DNA of 62,054 bases from Candidatus Limnocylindria bacterium (GCA_036276035.1 DASUCM010000105.1:1-62054); one strand, 5' to 3'. Numbered from the stretch's first letter, positions 1 to 9,404 are shown. Notes: generated by a model from the letters alone, not told the origin. Program-made: numbers and translations.

Positions 1-211
1 CGGCCGACCTCGAGAAGGTCGATCGCCTCGGCGAGCGCGTCGACGCGCTGAACGAGCTGCAGCGCGACCTCGAGCGCACCGGGCAGCCTGCCGTGCAGCG
101 GGTCGGCGTCGTGCGCTTCAACCCGGTCACGGACACGGGCGGCGACCAGTCGTTCGCGATCGCGCTCCTCGACGCGCTCGCCGAGACGGTCGACCTTCTC
201 GAGGTCGGCCG
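1..211. repeat. 43-bp imperfect inverted repeat pair (1..43 and 169..211, 41/43 complementary) bracketing a 125-bp segment
   Basis: The reverse complement of 169..211 equals 1..43 except at two positions (gatcgc versus gaccgt). Read directly from the sequence. Confidence 0.9.
3..170 (+). pseudogene. DUF4446-like conserved core fragment, truncated at the window edge and not continuous with its N-terminal part
   Basis: Frame 3 encodes ADLEKVDRLGERVDALNELQRDLERTGQPAVQRVGVVRFNPVTDTGGDQSFAIALLD with nearly all codons ending in G/C. The VRFN..D.GG.QSFA.ALLD motif is recalled from the DUF4446 family. The expected C-terminal half is absent. Confidence 0.45.
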
Positions 212-377
212 CGATCGCGTCGAGCCCCATGCCCTCGCCGTCGGTGAGCAGGCGCCGCAGCCGGCGCCGCAGCATGGACTGCGACCGGTAGAGGAGCGCG
301 ACCGCGACCGCGAGCGCGACGACGGCGACGACGAGCGCGATGAGCGCGAGCTCGACCGTGCGCGGGTCCTGGAACAT
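170..377 (-). pseudogene. DUF4446-like N-terminal fragment (TM helix plus basic/coiled segment), on the opposite strand to its core fragment
   Basis: ATG at 377 gives MFQDPRTVELALIALVVAVVALAVAVALLYRSQSMLRRRLRRLLTDGEGMGLDAIAADLEKVDRLGERV with very high GC3. GC3 drops once the frame passes position 170. The ORF is open to the window edge, so the track does not list it. Confidence 0.5.
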
Positions 378-455
378 GCGCGGACAGTAGCGTGAGCGTT
401 CGGGGCGTCGCTACGCCCGCGGCTCGGTCGTCCGGTTCGCTATGCTTCGCGTCCC

Positions 456-761
456 GTGGCACGCCGGAACCGCAGAGCGACACGCCCCGCGCGGCGCGAG
501 GCCGTGTCCGAACGCCGCGCCGCGGTCCAGGAGACGGCGCGCGAGGCGTCCCGCGACACGCAGCGCGCGCGTGCGCGCGGACGCGTCGTCCGCGCGGGCG
601 CGCCCCGGGCGGTCGGCGAAGCGTCCCCCGCCCTCGAGCGCACGGCCCATCTGGAGCGCGCGTTCGTCGTGAAGGATTTCCGCCGGCTCGTCATCACGGT
701 CGGCGCGATGCTCGCGCTGCTGGCGGCGAGCGGCTTCGCGGTGAACGCCCTGATCCCCTAG
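456..761 (+). CDS. hypothetical Arg-rich protein with a C-terminal TM helix (tail-anchored type)
   Basis: Track ORF with high GC3 in this frame. The C-terminus is VKDFRRLVITVGAMLALLAASGFAVNALIP. I recognise no homology. Confidence 0.3.
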   Translation: MARRNRRATRPARREAVSERRAAVQETAREASRDTQRARARGRVVRAGAPRAVGEASPALERTAHLERAFVVKDFRRLVITVGAMLALLAASGFAVNALIP

Positions 762-788
762 CGCGCCGGGTAGAATGGACGTCGACGC

Positions 789-862
789 GGGCGATTAGCA
801 CAGCTGGTTAGTGCGCACGGTTCACATCCGTGAGGTCGCTGGTTCGAATCCAGCATCGCCCA
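789..862 (+). tRNA. tRNA-Val (anticodon CAC)
   Basis: Manual cloverleaf: acceptor gggcgat/atcgccc, D arm gcac-agctggtta-gtgc, anticodon arm cacgg-ttCACat-ccgtg, T arm gctgg-ttcgaat-ccagc, discriminator a. Confidence 0.95.
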
Positions 863-881
863 CCGGGTCGTCTGACAAGCG

Positions 882-1469
882 ATGGCGACGCCCCTACGCT
901 CGAGCCTCATGGGCAAGCTCATCTACCTCCTGAACACCTCGCTCGATGGCTTCATCGAGACGCCCGACCGCCGCCTCGACTGGACCACGATCGACGAAGA
1001 GCTCCACGGCTGGTTCAACGACCAGATGCGCGCGCTGGACGCCACGCTGTACGGCCGGCGGATCTACGAGCTGATGGCGGCCTACTGGCCGACCGCGGAG
1101 CAGGACCCGGGCGTGACCGACGTCGAGCGCGAGTTCGCGCGCATCTGGGACCCGCTGCCGAAGATCGTGTTCTCGAGGACCCTCGAGCGCGTCGAGCACA
1201 ACTCGCGTCTCGTCCGGGGCGACGTCGGCACCGTGCTCGACGGCGTGCGCCGCGAGTTCGGCGGGGACCTCGGCGTCGCGGGCCCGGACCTCGCCGGTCA
1301 GTTCGTGCGCCGCGGGCTCGTGGACGAGTACCGGCTCGTCACGCACCCCGTCGTGCTCGGGGCCGGCACGCCCTTCTGGCCCGCGCTCGAGCGGCCGCTG
1401 CGGCTACGGCTCCGCGAGTGGCACACCTTCTCGTCCGGTGTCGAGCTCCGCTCGTACACGCCGGCCTAG
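882..1469 (+). CDS. dihydrofolate reductase family protein (RibD C-terminal domain type)
   Basis: KLIYLLNTSLDGFIETPD...LYGRRIYELMAAYWP...YRLVTHPVVLGAGTPFW is typical of this family. An alternative ATG at 909 (MGKLIY) is equally plausible. Confidence 0.85.
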   Translation: MATPLRSSLMGKLIYLLNTSLDGFIETPDRRLDWTTIDEELHGWFNDQMRALDATLYGRRIYELMAAYWPTAEQDPGVTDVEREFARIWDPLPKIVFSRTLERVEHNSRLVRGDVGTVLDGVRREFGGDLGVAGPDLAGQFVRRGLVDEYRLVTHPVVLGAGTPFWPALERPLRLRLREWHTFSSGVELRSYTPA

Positions 1470-1522
1470 ACGCGACGGCCCGACCGCTCGCCCGCGACCG
1501 CGGTCCGGTCCATTGCCGGTGA

Positions 1523-2695
1523 TCATGGCCGCGCGACCGTCGCCTCCAGGTACGCGCGCTTCCAGGCGTCGTCGAGGTCGCCGAACGGCTGCGGCGCGCC
1601 GGGCACCGTCCAGAGGTGGATCATCTCGGGGGTCTTCGGGACGTCGATCGTGCCGATCGGGCATCCCCCGAGCGGACTGAGCAGGCCCGCGAGCCCGGGT
1701 GGCGTGAGCGAGAAGCAGACGTGCTCGTGGCCGTGCCACACGGTGAGCGGGCCGCCGATCGTCGGGCCGGGCCGGCCCATCGGCATCATGAACATCGCGC
1801 CCATGAGCACCGGTCGGCCATCCGGCGCGACCGCGTACACGAGGGTCTCGGGTCGCGCTGGATCGAGGACGCGGTCGTCCTTCTCGTGCGCCGGGTTCGC
1901 CGCGTGGAAGTCGAGGCCGGCGAGGCCGCTCACCTGGTAGCCGTCGGCCGCGGCGAGCGCGGGGTCCGCGTAGCGTGCGAGCGCGATGCGCGTGGCCTCG
2001 AGGAGGTGTGTGGCGGCGGCGCGCTCCGCGGCGGTCGGCTCGCGCATCGGCACGAGCGGAAGGACGGTGCCCGGGCGCGCGACGCTGCCACCGTGCACGT
2101 GATGGTCCGCCGCGTGACCCGGCTCCGACGCCGACGCGCGGAAGGCCCCGGCCCACGAGCTCGCGGCGGTGAGGATCACGAGCGTGCAGGTCACAGCGCT
2201 CCCCGCGAACCCGCGCACCGGCCGCGAGCGGGCGCCGGGCGCGGGCCGCAACACGATCGCGAGCGCGAGGAGCTCGACGAGCTTCGTCGCGATCCCGACC
2301 TGATCAGGAGATGTGCCGGCGATGGCGGATGCCCAGTACGCGCCGACGGAGCCGAACAGCACCGCGGCCCCGAGGCGACCGGGCCGCGATCCGCGAAGGA
2401 CGCGCCGCGCCACCACCGTCAGGAGCCCGGCATCGACGAGGAAGAGCGCGCGGACCCCGCTGCCGTGACCGTCGTGCCCGAGCGCGAGGCCCGCGTGGAT
2501 CGCGGCGGACGTGCCGAGCAGCGCGACGAGGAGCCACTGGACCGGCGCGAGGCGCGGGGCACCGCGCCGCAGCAGCCACGCGCCGGCCGCGAGCACGACG
2601 GCGGCGAGGACGAGCCCGGCGAGGTGCTCGGCGTTGATCTGGTAGAGCGGGCTCCCGCCAGCGACACCGGCGGCGTGTTCGTTCGTCTGCGGCAT
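1523..2695 (-). CDS. integral membrane protein with a C-terminal extracytoplasmic domain (unknown function)
   Basis: In-frame ATG at 2695 (MPQTNEH) lies 2 nt after the upstream stop. Several hydrophobic helices precede a soluble Pro/Gly/His-rich domain. The longer track ORF upstream is Arg-rich filler. Confidence 0.7.
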   Translation of the reverse strand: MPQTNEHAAGVAGGSPLYQINAEHLAGLVLAAVVLAAGAWLLRRGAPRLAPVQWLLVALLGTSAAIHAGLALGHDGHGSGVRALFLVDAGLLTVVARRVLRGSRPGRLGAAVLFGSVGAYWASAIAGTSPDQVGIATKLVELLALAIVLRPAPGARSRPVRGFAGSAVTCTLVILTAASSWAGAFRASASEPGHAADHHVHGGSVARPGTVLPLVPMREPTAAERAAATHLLEATRIALARYADPALAAADGYQVSGLAGLDFHAANPAHEKDDRVLDPARPETLVYAVAPDGRPVLMGAMFMMPMGRPGPTIGGPLTVWHGHEHVCFSLTPPGLAGLLSPLGGCPIGTIDVPKTPEMIHLWTVPGAPQPFGDLDDAWKRAYLEATVARP

Positions 2696-2697
2696 CT

Positions 2698-3129
2698 TCA
2701 GGACCCCCATTCCAGAGCGAGCTGCGCGGTCTCCGCGGACGGGCGCGTCGCGCGCGCCGCGCGGCGCAGCAGCGCGATGACGGACACCGGGAGGACGGAC
2801 CGCGTGAGGAGCGCGACGAGCGGCGGGAGGGACTGCGTGAGCGCGACCGCGAGGACGGCGTCGATCGCGAGCGTCGCGAGGATGAGGCCCTCGACGGCGT
2901 AGACGAGCCGGCGTGACCACGCGCGGCCGGCGCGGATCCGGACGCGCGCGACGAGGATGACGGCGGCGCTCGCGGCGCTGAGCAGGAAGGACGGCCTGGC
3001 GGAGCCGCCGAAGGCGGTGCCCCAGACGAGCGCTTCGATCGTGGTCGCGAGGAGGATCGCGCCCTGGAGCAGGAGGAGGGCGCGCGCGATGTCGAGCAGG
3101 TCTTCGTTGGCCGTTCGGGTCGTGTCCAT
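2698..3129 (-). CDS. small integral membrane protein (unknown function)
   Basis: 143-aa track ORF with four hydrophobic segments and high GC3, adjacent to the next gene. Confidence 0.65.
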   Translation of the reverse strand: MDTTRTANEDLLDIARALLLLQGAILLATTIEALVWGTAFGGSARPSFLLSAASAAVILVARVRIRAGRAWSRRLVYAVEGLILATLAIDAVLAVALTQSLPPLVALLTRSVLPVSVIALLRRAARATRPSAETAQLALEWGS

Positions 3130-3215
3130 GTGAGGATCCTTGCGCCGCCCGATGAGCGCAGCGTGGGCCGTTCATGAGGCCTTCGTGAGCGCTCGACGTG
3201 ACTCCCGTCACGCCG

Positions 3216-4598
3216 TCAGAGCGCCGGCAGCTCCAGCGTCACCGCGGCGCCGCCGCCCGGCGCGTTCGACGCGTGGATCGCGCCGCCGTGCGCGTCGGCG
3301 ATGGCCCGCGCGATCGAGAGCCCGAGCCCGGAGCCCTCGCCGCTCCGCGCAGGGTCGGCGCGGTAGAAGCGCTCGAAGATCCGCTCCTCGCTGCCCTCAG
3401 GGAACCCCGGTCCGGCGTCGCGCACCTCGAGCCGCACCCGGTCGCCCTCGTCCGCGACCGTGACGACGACGGGCGGGCGCCCGTGGCGGAACGCGTTGTC
3501 GAGGAGCACCCGGACGGCGCGCCCGAGCGCATCCGGATCGCCGGAGACGAGGGCCGACCCGTGCGTGTCGAGACGGACGTCCGGCGCGTCGTCGCGCGCG
3601 CGACCCTCTGGACGGTAGCGGCGCGCCTCCTCGGTCGCGACCCGGCGCAGATCCACCGGGCGCCGCTCGACCGCCACGCCCGCGTCCGCGCGCGCGAGGA
3701 CGAGCAGGCCGTCCACCAGCCTGCTCATGCGCTCGGCCTCGGCGGCGACGTCCGCGATCGCCTCGGCCCGGTCGGCGGGGACGGCGTCCGGGCGCTCGCG
3801 CAGGAACTCCGCGTTCGAGCGGATCGTCGCGAGCGGCGTGCGCAGCTCGTGGGAGGCGTCCGCGACGAAGCGCTGCTGCGCCGCGAGCGCCGCTGCGAGA
3901 TCGGCCCGCGAGCCCTGGAGACGGTCGAGCATCGCGTTGAAGCTCGTCGTGAGCCGCCCGACCTCGTCGCGCGAGCTGTTCGCCGGGAGCCGTGTCGACA
4001 GGTCTCCCGTCGTCCCGATCTCGGTGGTGGTCCCGGCGAGCGCGACGAGCGGTCGGACCGCGCGGCCCGCGACGAGCCAGGACACGATCGCGACGACGAC
4101 GAGCGTGATGATCGCCGAGATGACGAGGAAGCTGCGCAGGCCGGCGATCTGGTCGTCGACGAACCCCGTCGGCTGGCCTGCGACGACCAGGCCCGAATCC
4201 GGTCCCCTCACCCACTTCCGCGCGACGACGCGCAGCCCCGAGACCGTGGCGACCGAGCGGCCCTGCTCGTTCGCCTCGACGACCACGGCTGCCGGGATGC
4301 GCGGCGGCGCCCCGTCGAGCAGGCCGGACGCGTAGCGCACCGCCCCGTCCGCCCCGAGGACGAGCAGGAACGGCTCCGTCTGCGTGCGCAGGTCGATGAT
4401 CACTGGCGGTCGCGTGCCGAGCGGCGCGTCGCCGCGCTCGAGACCGGCGGCGGCGGCGTCGGCCATCGTCGTGAGCGTCCGCTCCTGCGCATCGCGGACG
4501 CCGTTCGCGGCGAGACCCGACAGCAGCACGATGAAGATGACCATCCCGACCGCGGCCACGCTCGTCCCGTAGAGCGCGAGGCGTCGTCGCAGCGGCAT
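3216..4598 (-). CDS. sensor histidine kinase (TM-HAMP-HisKA-HATPase)
   Basis: H-box ASHELRTPLATI, N/G boxes (LLDNAFRH, DAGPGF, GSGLGLSI) and an N-terminal TM helix. It sits immediately downstream of its response regulator. Confidence 0.9.
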   Translation of the reverse strand: MPLRRRLALYGTSVAAVGMVIFIVLLSGLAANGVRDAQERTLTTMADAAAAGLERGDAPLGTRPPVIIDLRTQTEPFLLVLGADGAVRYASGLLDGAPPRIPAAVVVEANEQGRSVATVSGLRVVARKWVRGPDSGLVVAGQPTGFVDDQIAGLRSFLVISAIITLVVVAIVSWLVAGRAVRPLVALAGTTTEIGTTGDLSTRLPANSSRDEVGRLTTSFNAMLDRLQGSRADLAAALAAQQRFVADASHELRTPLATIRSNAEFLRERPDAVPADRAEAIADVAAEAERMSRLVDGLLVLARADAGVAVERRPVDLRRVATEEARRYRPEGRARDDAPDVRLDTHGSALVSGDPDALGRAVRVLLDNAFRHGRPPVVVTVADEGDRVRLEVRDAGPGFPEGSEERIFERFYRADPARSGEGSGLGLSIARAIADAHGGAIHASNAPGGGAAVTLELPAL

Positions 4599-4646
4599 CA
4601 GTGCGTCCGGACGGCGCGGGTCACGTGCGACGCGACCATCGTCGCC

Positions 4647-5333
4647 TCACTCCGCTGGCTCGCGCAGGACGTAGCCGACGCCGCGGATCGTGTGGAGCAA
4701 CCGGGGCTGCCCGTCGCTCTCGATCCGCGCGCGCAGACCAGCGACCGTGACGTCCACGACGTTCGAGATCGCGTCGCTCCCGACGCCCCACACGGCCTCG
4801 AGGAGTCGCTCCCGGTCGAGCACCTGCCGCTGGTGACGGAGGAGGTGCTCGAGCAGCTCGAACTGCAGCGCTGTGAGGTCGATCGTTCGCGCGCCGCGCC
4901 GCACCTCGTGCGCGGCGACGTCCATGACGAGGTCAGCGCACCGGAGGATCTCGCGACCTGCAGGCTCGCGCCGCCGGAGCAGCGCTCGTACGCGCGCGAG
5001 GAGCTCGTCGTGCGCGAAGGGTTTCACGAGGTAGTCGTCCGCGCCCGCGTCGAGCCCGGCGACCCGGTCGGAGATCGCGTCGCGCGCGGTGAGCATGAGC
5101 ACCGGCACGTCGGAGCCCTGCCGCAGGCGACGGCAGACCTCGACGCCGTCCAGCCCCGGGAGCATCACGTCGAGGACGACGAGGTCCGGCGGCCGATCCC
5201 GTGCCGCCGCCAGGGCGGCCGGCCCGTCGACCGCGACCTCCACGCCGTGGCCCTCGTACGCGAGCGCGCGCCGGAGGGAGGCGGCGAGACGCGCGTCATC
5301 GTCGACGACGAGGATCCGCCGCTGCGGGGTCAC
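4647..5333 (-). CDS. OmpR-family response regulator
   Basis: Receiver motifs ILVVDDD, DLVVLDVMLPGLDG and LTARD..DYLVKPF, plus a winged-helix C-terminus (LHTIRGVGYVL). Confidence 0.92.
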   Translation of the reverse strand: MTPQRRILVVDDDARLAASLRRALAYEGHGVEVAVDGPAALAAARDRPPDLVVLDVMLPGLDGVEVCRRLRQGSDVPVLMLTARDAISDRVAGLDAGADDYLVKPFAHDELLARVRALLRRREPAGREILRCADLVMDVAAHEVRRGARTIDLTALQFELLEHLLRHQRQVLDRERLLEAVWGVGSDAISNVVDVTVAGLRARIESDGQPRLLHTIRGVGYVLREPAE

Positions 5334-5343
5334 GCCCGCGAGG

Positions 5344-6426
5344 CTATCGCCTCGACGCGACCGCCTTCGCCTTCGACGGGGGCGCCGCCTTCGATGTGCC
5401 GTTCGAGCGCGCGCTCGCCGGCCTCTTCTCGCCCGCGCCGCAGACGGTCTCGATGATGAGCCGCGTCACGACGTAGGGGTCCATGTTCGCGTTCGGCCGG
5501 CGATCCTCGATGTAGCCCTTCTTGTCGCGCGCGACCTGCCACGGGATGCGGATCGACGCGCCGCGGTCCGAGACGCCGTAGCGGAACTCCTTGTAGGAGC
5601 AGGTCTCGTGGAGCCCGGTGAGGCGCTCCTCGATCGCGTGGCCGTAGTTCTGGATGTGGAGGTCGTGCCGCGTTCCGAGCGCCTGCGCCGCGGCGACGCA
5701 CGCGTCGAACGAGCGGCGCATCTCCTTCGTCGAGAAGTTCGTGTGCGCTCCGGCGCCGTTCCAGTCGCCCTTCACGGGCTTCGGGTAGAGCGTCGCCGAC
5801 ACGCCGAAGTCCTCGGCCACGCGGTAGAGCAGCCAGCGCGCGAGCCAGAGCTGGTCCGCGATGAGCGGCGCCGGCAGCGCGCCGATCTGGAACTCCCACT
5901 GCGCCGGCATGACCTCCGCGTTGATGCCGACGATGCCGAGCCCGGCCTCCATGCAGGCCTCGAGATGCGCCTCGATGACGTGGCGGCCGAAGACCTCGTC
6001 GGCGCCGACGCCGCAGTAGTAGCCGCCCTGCGGCGCCGGGAAGCCGTTGTCCGGCCACCCGAGCGGCTTCGCGCCGTCGAAGAGCGTGTACTCCTGCTCG
6101 ATCCCGAACCAGGTGTCGTCCTTCGCGTACTTCTCGGCCACCGCCGCGCATGCCGCGCGGGTGTTCGTCGGGTGGGGCGTCATGTCGGGCAGGAGGACCT
6201 CGGCCATGACGAGCTTGTTGTCCTCGCCGCGGATCGGATCGGGCACGACGAGCACGGGGCGGAGGACGCAGTCGGAGTTCGATCCGGGGGCCTGCAGGGT
6301 GCTCGAACCGTCGAAGCCCCAGATCGGAGGCTCCTCGCCCTTCGGCACGACCTTCGCCTTCGAGCGCAGCTTCGCGGTCGGCTTCGTCCCGTCGATCCAG
6401 ATGTACTCGGCCCGATACGACTTCAT
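5344..6426 (-). CDS. glnII: glutamine synthetase type II
   Basis: YIWIDG..., FDGSST, GIEQEYTLF, NAEVMPAQWEFQIG and NGAGAHTNFS are classic GSII motifs. There is a Lys/Ala-rich C-terminal tail. A GGGGAGGG ribosome-binding site lies upstream. Confidence 0.93.
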   Translation of the reverse strand: MKSYRAEYIWIDGTKPTAKLRSKAKVVPKGEEPPIWGFDGSSTLQAPGSNSDCVLRPVLVVPDPIRGEDNKLVMAEVLLPDMTPHPTNTRAACAAVAEKYAKDDTWFGIEQEYTLFDGAKPLGWPDNGFPAPQGGYYCGVGADEVFGRHVIEAHLEACMEAGLGIVGINAEVMPAQWEFQIGALPAPLIADQLWLARWLLYRVAEDFGVSATLYPKPVKGDWNGAGAHTNFSTKEMRRSFDACVAAAQALGTRHDLHIQNYGHAIEERLTGLHETCSYKEFRYGVSDRGASIRIPWQVARDKKGYIEDRRPNANMDPYVVTRLIIETVCGAGEKRPASARSNGTSKAAPPSKAKAVASRR

Positions 6427-6502
6427 GGCACCCTCCCCGGAATCGTCGTCGCGACGATAGCCGCGGGAAGCGTTGCGCGTCAGCGGCGGCGGGGGTTGCG
6501 GC

Positions 6503-7267
6503 TCAGTGACGCGCGAAGAGAGGGACCGCGTCCAGGTCCGCGCCGCCGGTCGTGGTGAGCGAGACCAGGACCTGCGCCTCGAGCGTGCGGTCGTAGAACG
6601 TCCGCCACGAGGACGGGCCGGGCCCCGTCACGCGCAGGAGCGGGACACCGGCCGTGACCGTCGCTCCGTCCTTCACCAGGATCTCGCTGTCGACGCCGAG
6701 CGCGCCGGGACGGAGCGTCAGCACGCGATCGCTCGAGCGGACGATGACGTACGGGAAGTACGCGAGCCCCGCGACGTTCGCGCCGGTGCGGATCTCACCG
6801 TTGATGAGCTGGTACAGGCGCACCTCGACGCGGCCCGCGAGCGGCGACTCGAGCGTCGCGCCCGGCGCCGCGGAAACGGCCGCGTACGCGCGACCGCCCG
6901 AGCGATAGGGCGCGGCGGTGATCGCGGGGGGCGCCGGAGCGACGGGGGCCGGCGCGGCGACGGCGGGCGCCGCGGTCGGGACGGGCGCGGGCGCTTCGCT
7001 CGCGATGGCCGCCGGGCCCGGCTCGGCGGCCACGGCCGGTGCCAGGGGCGCGGCGACAGCCGGCGCCAGGGGCGCGACGACGGCCGGGACGGCCGTCACG
7101 GGTACCACGGCGGGCTCCGGCGCGAGCCGGAGCGCTGCTGCGCCGACCAGGGCCGCGCCGATGAGGATGCCCGCTGTGCTGGAGAGGATGGGGCGCGCCA
7201 CGCTCAGCCACTGCTCCGGCAGCGCCGGGCGGACCACGGCCAGCTCTCGCGGAAGGGGACCGAACAT
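6503..7267 (-). CDS. membrane-anchored protein with Ala/Pro-rich repeat linker and C-terminal beta-rich domain (degenerate LytM/lipoyl-like?)
   Basis: In-frame ATG at 7267 (MFGPLPREL), then a TM helix, a VAPLAPAVAAPLAPAVAA tandem repeat, and LVKDGATVTAGVPLLRV near the C-terminus. The domain assignment is tentative. Confidence 0.6.
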   Translation of the reverse strand: MFGPLPRELAVVRPALPEQWLSVARPILSSTAGILIGAALVGAAALRLAPEPAVVPVTAVPAVVAPLAPAVAAPLAPAVAAEPGPAAIASEAPAPVPTAAPAVAAPAPVAPAPPAITAAPYRSGGRAYAAVSAAPGATLESPLAGRVEVRLYQLINGEIRTGANVAGLAYFPYVIVRSSDRVLTLRPGALGVDSEILVKDGATVTAGVPLLRVTGPGPSSWRTFYDRTLEAQVLVSLTTTGGADLDAVPLFARH

Positions 7268-7339
7268 CCGTGCCAAGGGACCAACAGTGTCGCGTGGTCT
7301 GTCAAGGGTCCGGCTGCGCCACATCGCGGAGGAAGGCAT

Positions 7340-8302
7340 TTGCCGCACTCCGCGACGTCCCTGCGACCCCAGGCGTACACCTCGGTCCCAAAATGGTCGC
7401 CGCGCGTACGGAGCGAGGGTGGGAAGAGCCTGACCGTCGACATCAGCGAGTGGCTGCGGCTGCGGAAGCTGCTGCGCGAGGCGGCGGAGGCCGCAGAGAC
7501 GGTCGACGCCCTCGAGGAGGTGCGCGTCGACGCGCTGCTCCACGAGCCCGCGCCGACCCCGGCGCCGGTGGAGAAGTCCGAGCGCGAGCGCGTCGTCGAG
7601 CTCGGCGTGACGGGGCTCATCGTCCGCTTCCCCGACAACAATCCGGTCCTGCTCGGCGCGATCAGCCGCATCCAGGGCTGGCGGCCGAACCCGTCGGGGT
7701 CGCACCACGTGCCGTGCACGCTGCCCGCGATCACGAGCCTGCTCGCCTTCGCGGAGATGTACGACTTCGAGCTCACCGACGGCGCGGACTCGATGGTCCG
7801 CCAGCTCATCCGCGACTCGTACAGCTCACGCGAGTGGCAGAGGCAGGCGGAGGCCGCCGCCGCGACCGCGGCGGAGGCACCGCAGCCGCGCCCGCGGATA
7901 CGCATCGTGCCCTCGCAGCGCGACCTCGTGCTGCGCTGGCTGCGGCGGAACGCGCGTGCGCTCGCGGTCGCGGCCCTCATCGCGTATCTCATCGGGCCGA
8001 AGGTCGAGCTCGTGCGCGAAGCGGACCGTGCCTTCCTCGAGCCGGCGCGGCTCGGAGCGGACGCGTCGGTCGCGGCGATGCTGAGCGCGCTCGACCGCTG
8101 CGGGCCGGCGATCGTGCAGCCGGGCGCGGCGGTCCCCGCGGGCTGCGACGCGAGCGTCGCGACGCGCGCCGGCACGACGCGCCTCTCGATCGGGATCCAG
8201 AACCCGCGCCTGCGGTTCTTCTCCTGGCGCGCCGGCGAGGATCTGCGCGGCTTCACGATCTGCGAGCAGTCCGTCCCGCTCGAGGCCTGCTGGGAGCGTT
8301 AG
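7340..8302 (+). CDS. hypothetical protein with a central TM helix
   Basis: An in-frame TTG at 7340 is preceded by GGAGG (7328..7332) with a 7-nt spacer. GC3 is high downstream. It is divergent from the 6503..7267 gene. Confidence 0.55.
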   Translation: MPHSATSLRPQAYTSVPKWSPRVRSEGGKSLTVDISEWLRLRKLLREAAEAAETVDALEEVRVDALLHEPAPTPAPVEKSERERVVELGVTGLIVRFPDNNPVLLGAISRIQGWRPNPSGSHHVPCTLPAITSLLAFAEMYDFELTDGADSMVRQLIRDSYSSREWQRQAEAAAATAAEAPQPRPRIRIVPSQRDLVLRWLRRNARALAVAALIAYLIGPKVELVREADRAFLEPARLGADASVAAMLSALDRCGPAIVQPGAAVPAGCDASVATRAGTTRLSIGIQNPRLRFFSWRAGEDLRGFTICEQSVPLEACWER

Positions 8303-8311
8303 CGCCCGGCG

Positions 8312-9343
8312 CTAGCTGTCCGGATCGTCCGTGGTGCCGCGCGCGGGCCGGTAGCCCTTCTTCTCAGGGTCGCGATGCTGGCGACCCAGTGCCCGGCTCG
8401 CGCGCCTGAGCTCGACCGCCGACTTCCGCATCCGCGCTGACTCGCGCTCGAGCTTCCGCATCCCGGCGAGCCGGAGGGGATCGAGCGCACCGCTCGCGAC
8501 CGCCTCGCGCACCGCGCAGCCCGGCTCCTGCTCGTGCGCGCAGTCGCGGAAGCGACAGCGATCGGCGAGCGCGGCAACGTCGGCGAACGCGGCGTCGATG
8601 ACCTCCTCGCTCACCCAGGCGAAGACCTCGCGCAGCCCCGGCGTGTCGATGACCGCGCCGCCGCCGGGCAGGTGGATGAGCTCGCGCCGCACGCTCGCGT
8701 GACGGCCCTCGCCGAACTCGTCGACCTCGCGCGTCGCGAGCATCGCCGTCGCGGCGAGCGCGTTGATGAGCGTGGACTTACCCGCCCCGGACGGCCCGAG
8801 GAGCACCGCGGTGCGTCCGGGGGCGAGCCGCTCCGCGACGTCCCCGACGCCGTCGCCGGTGACGCTGCTCGTGACGAGGACCGGCACGCCCGGCGCCGCG
8901 CGCGACGCCCGCGTCACCTGGGCGCGGACGTCGGGGCACAGGTCGGCCTTCGTGAGGAGGATGAGCGGCTCGGCGCCGGAGTCGCGCGCGAGCGCGACGT
9001 ACTGCTGGATGCGCATCTGGATCGGCGCGATGTCCCGGTGCAGCGGCACGACGATGAACACGTCGTCGACGTTCGCGGCGAGGATCTGCGCGTCGTGGAT
9101 GCCGGTGTCGCCGCGCCGCACCGCGGACCGCCGGGGCAGGACCGCGTGGATGATGCAGGTTCCTGGCGACTCGGACCGCGCGAGCACGTTGTCGCCGACC
9201 GCGGGGAGGTCGTCGGCGTGGACGGTCTCGTGGCGCAGCCGCCCGGCCAGCGTCCCGGCGAGCTCGCCCGCGTCCGTGTGCAGGACGTAGCCGCCGCGAT
9301 GCTGCGAGATGACGCGCGCGGTGATCTCGCGGGCCTCGGTCAC
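8312..9343 (-). CDS. rsgA: ribosome small-subunit-dependent GTPase A
   Basis: Circularly permuted GTPase motifs (LTKADL, GPSGAGKSTLINAL, DTPG) and a C-terminal Zn motif (CRFRDCAHEQEPGC). GTG at 9343 has GGAG upstream. Confidence 0.9.
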   Translation of the reverse strand: MTEAREITARVISQHRGGYVLHTDAGELAGTLAGRLRHETVHADDLPAVGDNVLARSESPGTCIIHAVLPRRSAVRRGDTGIHDAQILAANVDDVFIVVPLHRDIAPIQMRIQQYVALARDSGAEPLILLTKADLCPDVRAQVTRASRAAPGVPVLVTSSVTGDGVGDVAERLAPGRTAVLLGPSGAGKSTLINALAATAMLATREVDEFGEGRHASVRRELIHLPGGGAVIDTPGLREVFAWVSEEVIDAAFADVAALADRCRFRDCAHEQEPGCAVREAVASGALDPLRLAGMRKLERESARMRKSAVELRRASRALGRQHRDPEKKGYRPARGTTDDPDS

Positions 9344-9404
9344 TGATCGCGCTCCTTCGTGCCCATGGCACAGCGATGTGGGCGCCGCCACATCGGGAGC
9401 GGTG

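Noticed and set aside
93-395. 100-aa plus-strand track ORF at the window start treated as an intact gene.
   Set aside because: Only its first part (to about 170) has coding-like GC3. The remainder is the antisense of a minus-strand TM-helix coding segment (Asp/Glu/Arg-rich filler).
3198-5456. Very long ORFs antisense to or out of frame with real genes. Examples are 3198..5456 (+), 9424..11679 (+), 22630..24528 (+), 31873..33954 (+), 37369..39603 (+), 41687..42571 (+) and 49917..51527 (-).
   Set aside because: Their products are Arg/Asp/Glu/Pro/Gly-rich filler with poor third-position GC. They mirror well-supported genes on the other strand or frame. This is the expected stop-codon depletion of a ~70% GC genome, not overlapping genes.
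8300-8314. Palindrome tagcgcc-c-ggcgcta containing both convergent stop codons (7340..8302 and rsgA), considered as a shared terminator.
   Set aside because: A 7-bp stem with a 1-nt centre cannot form a stable hairpin loop, and there is no U tract. It is probably coincidental.
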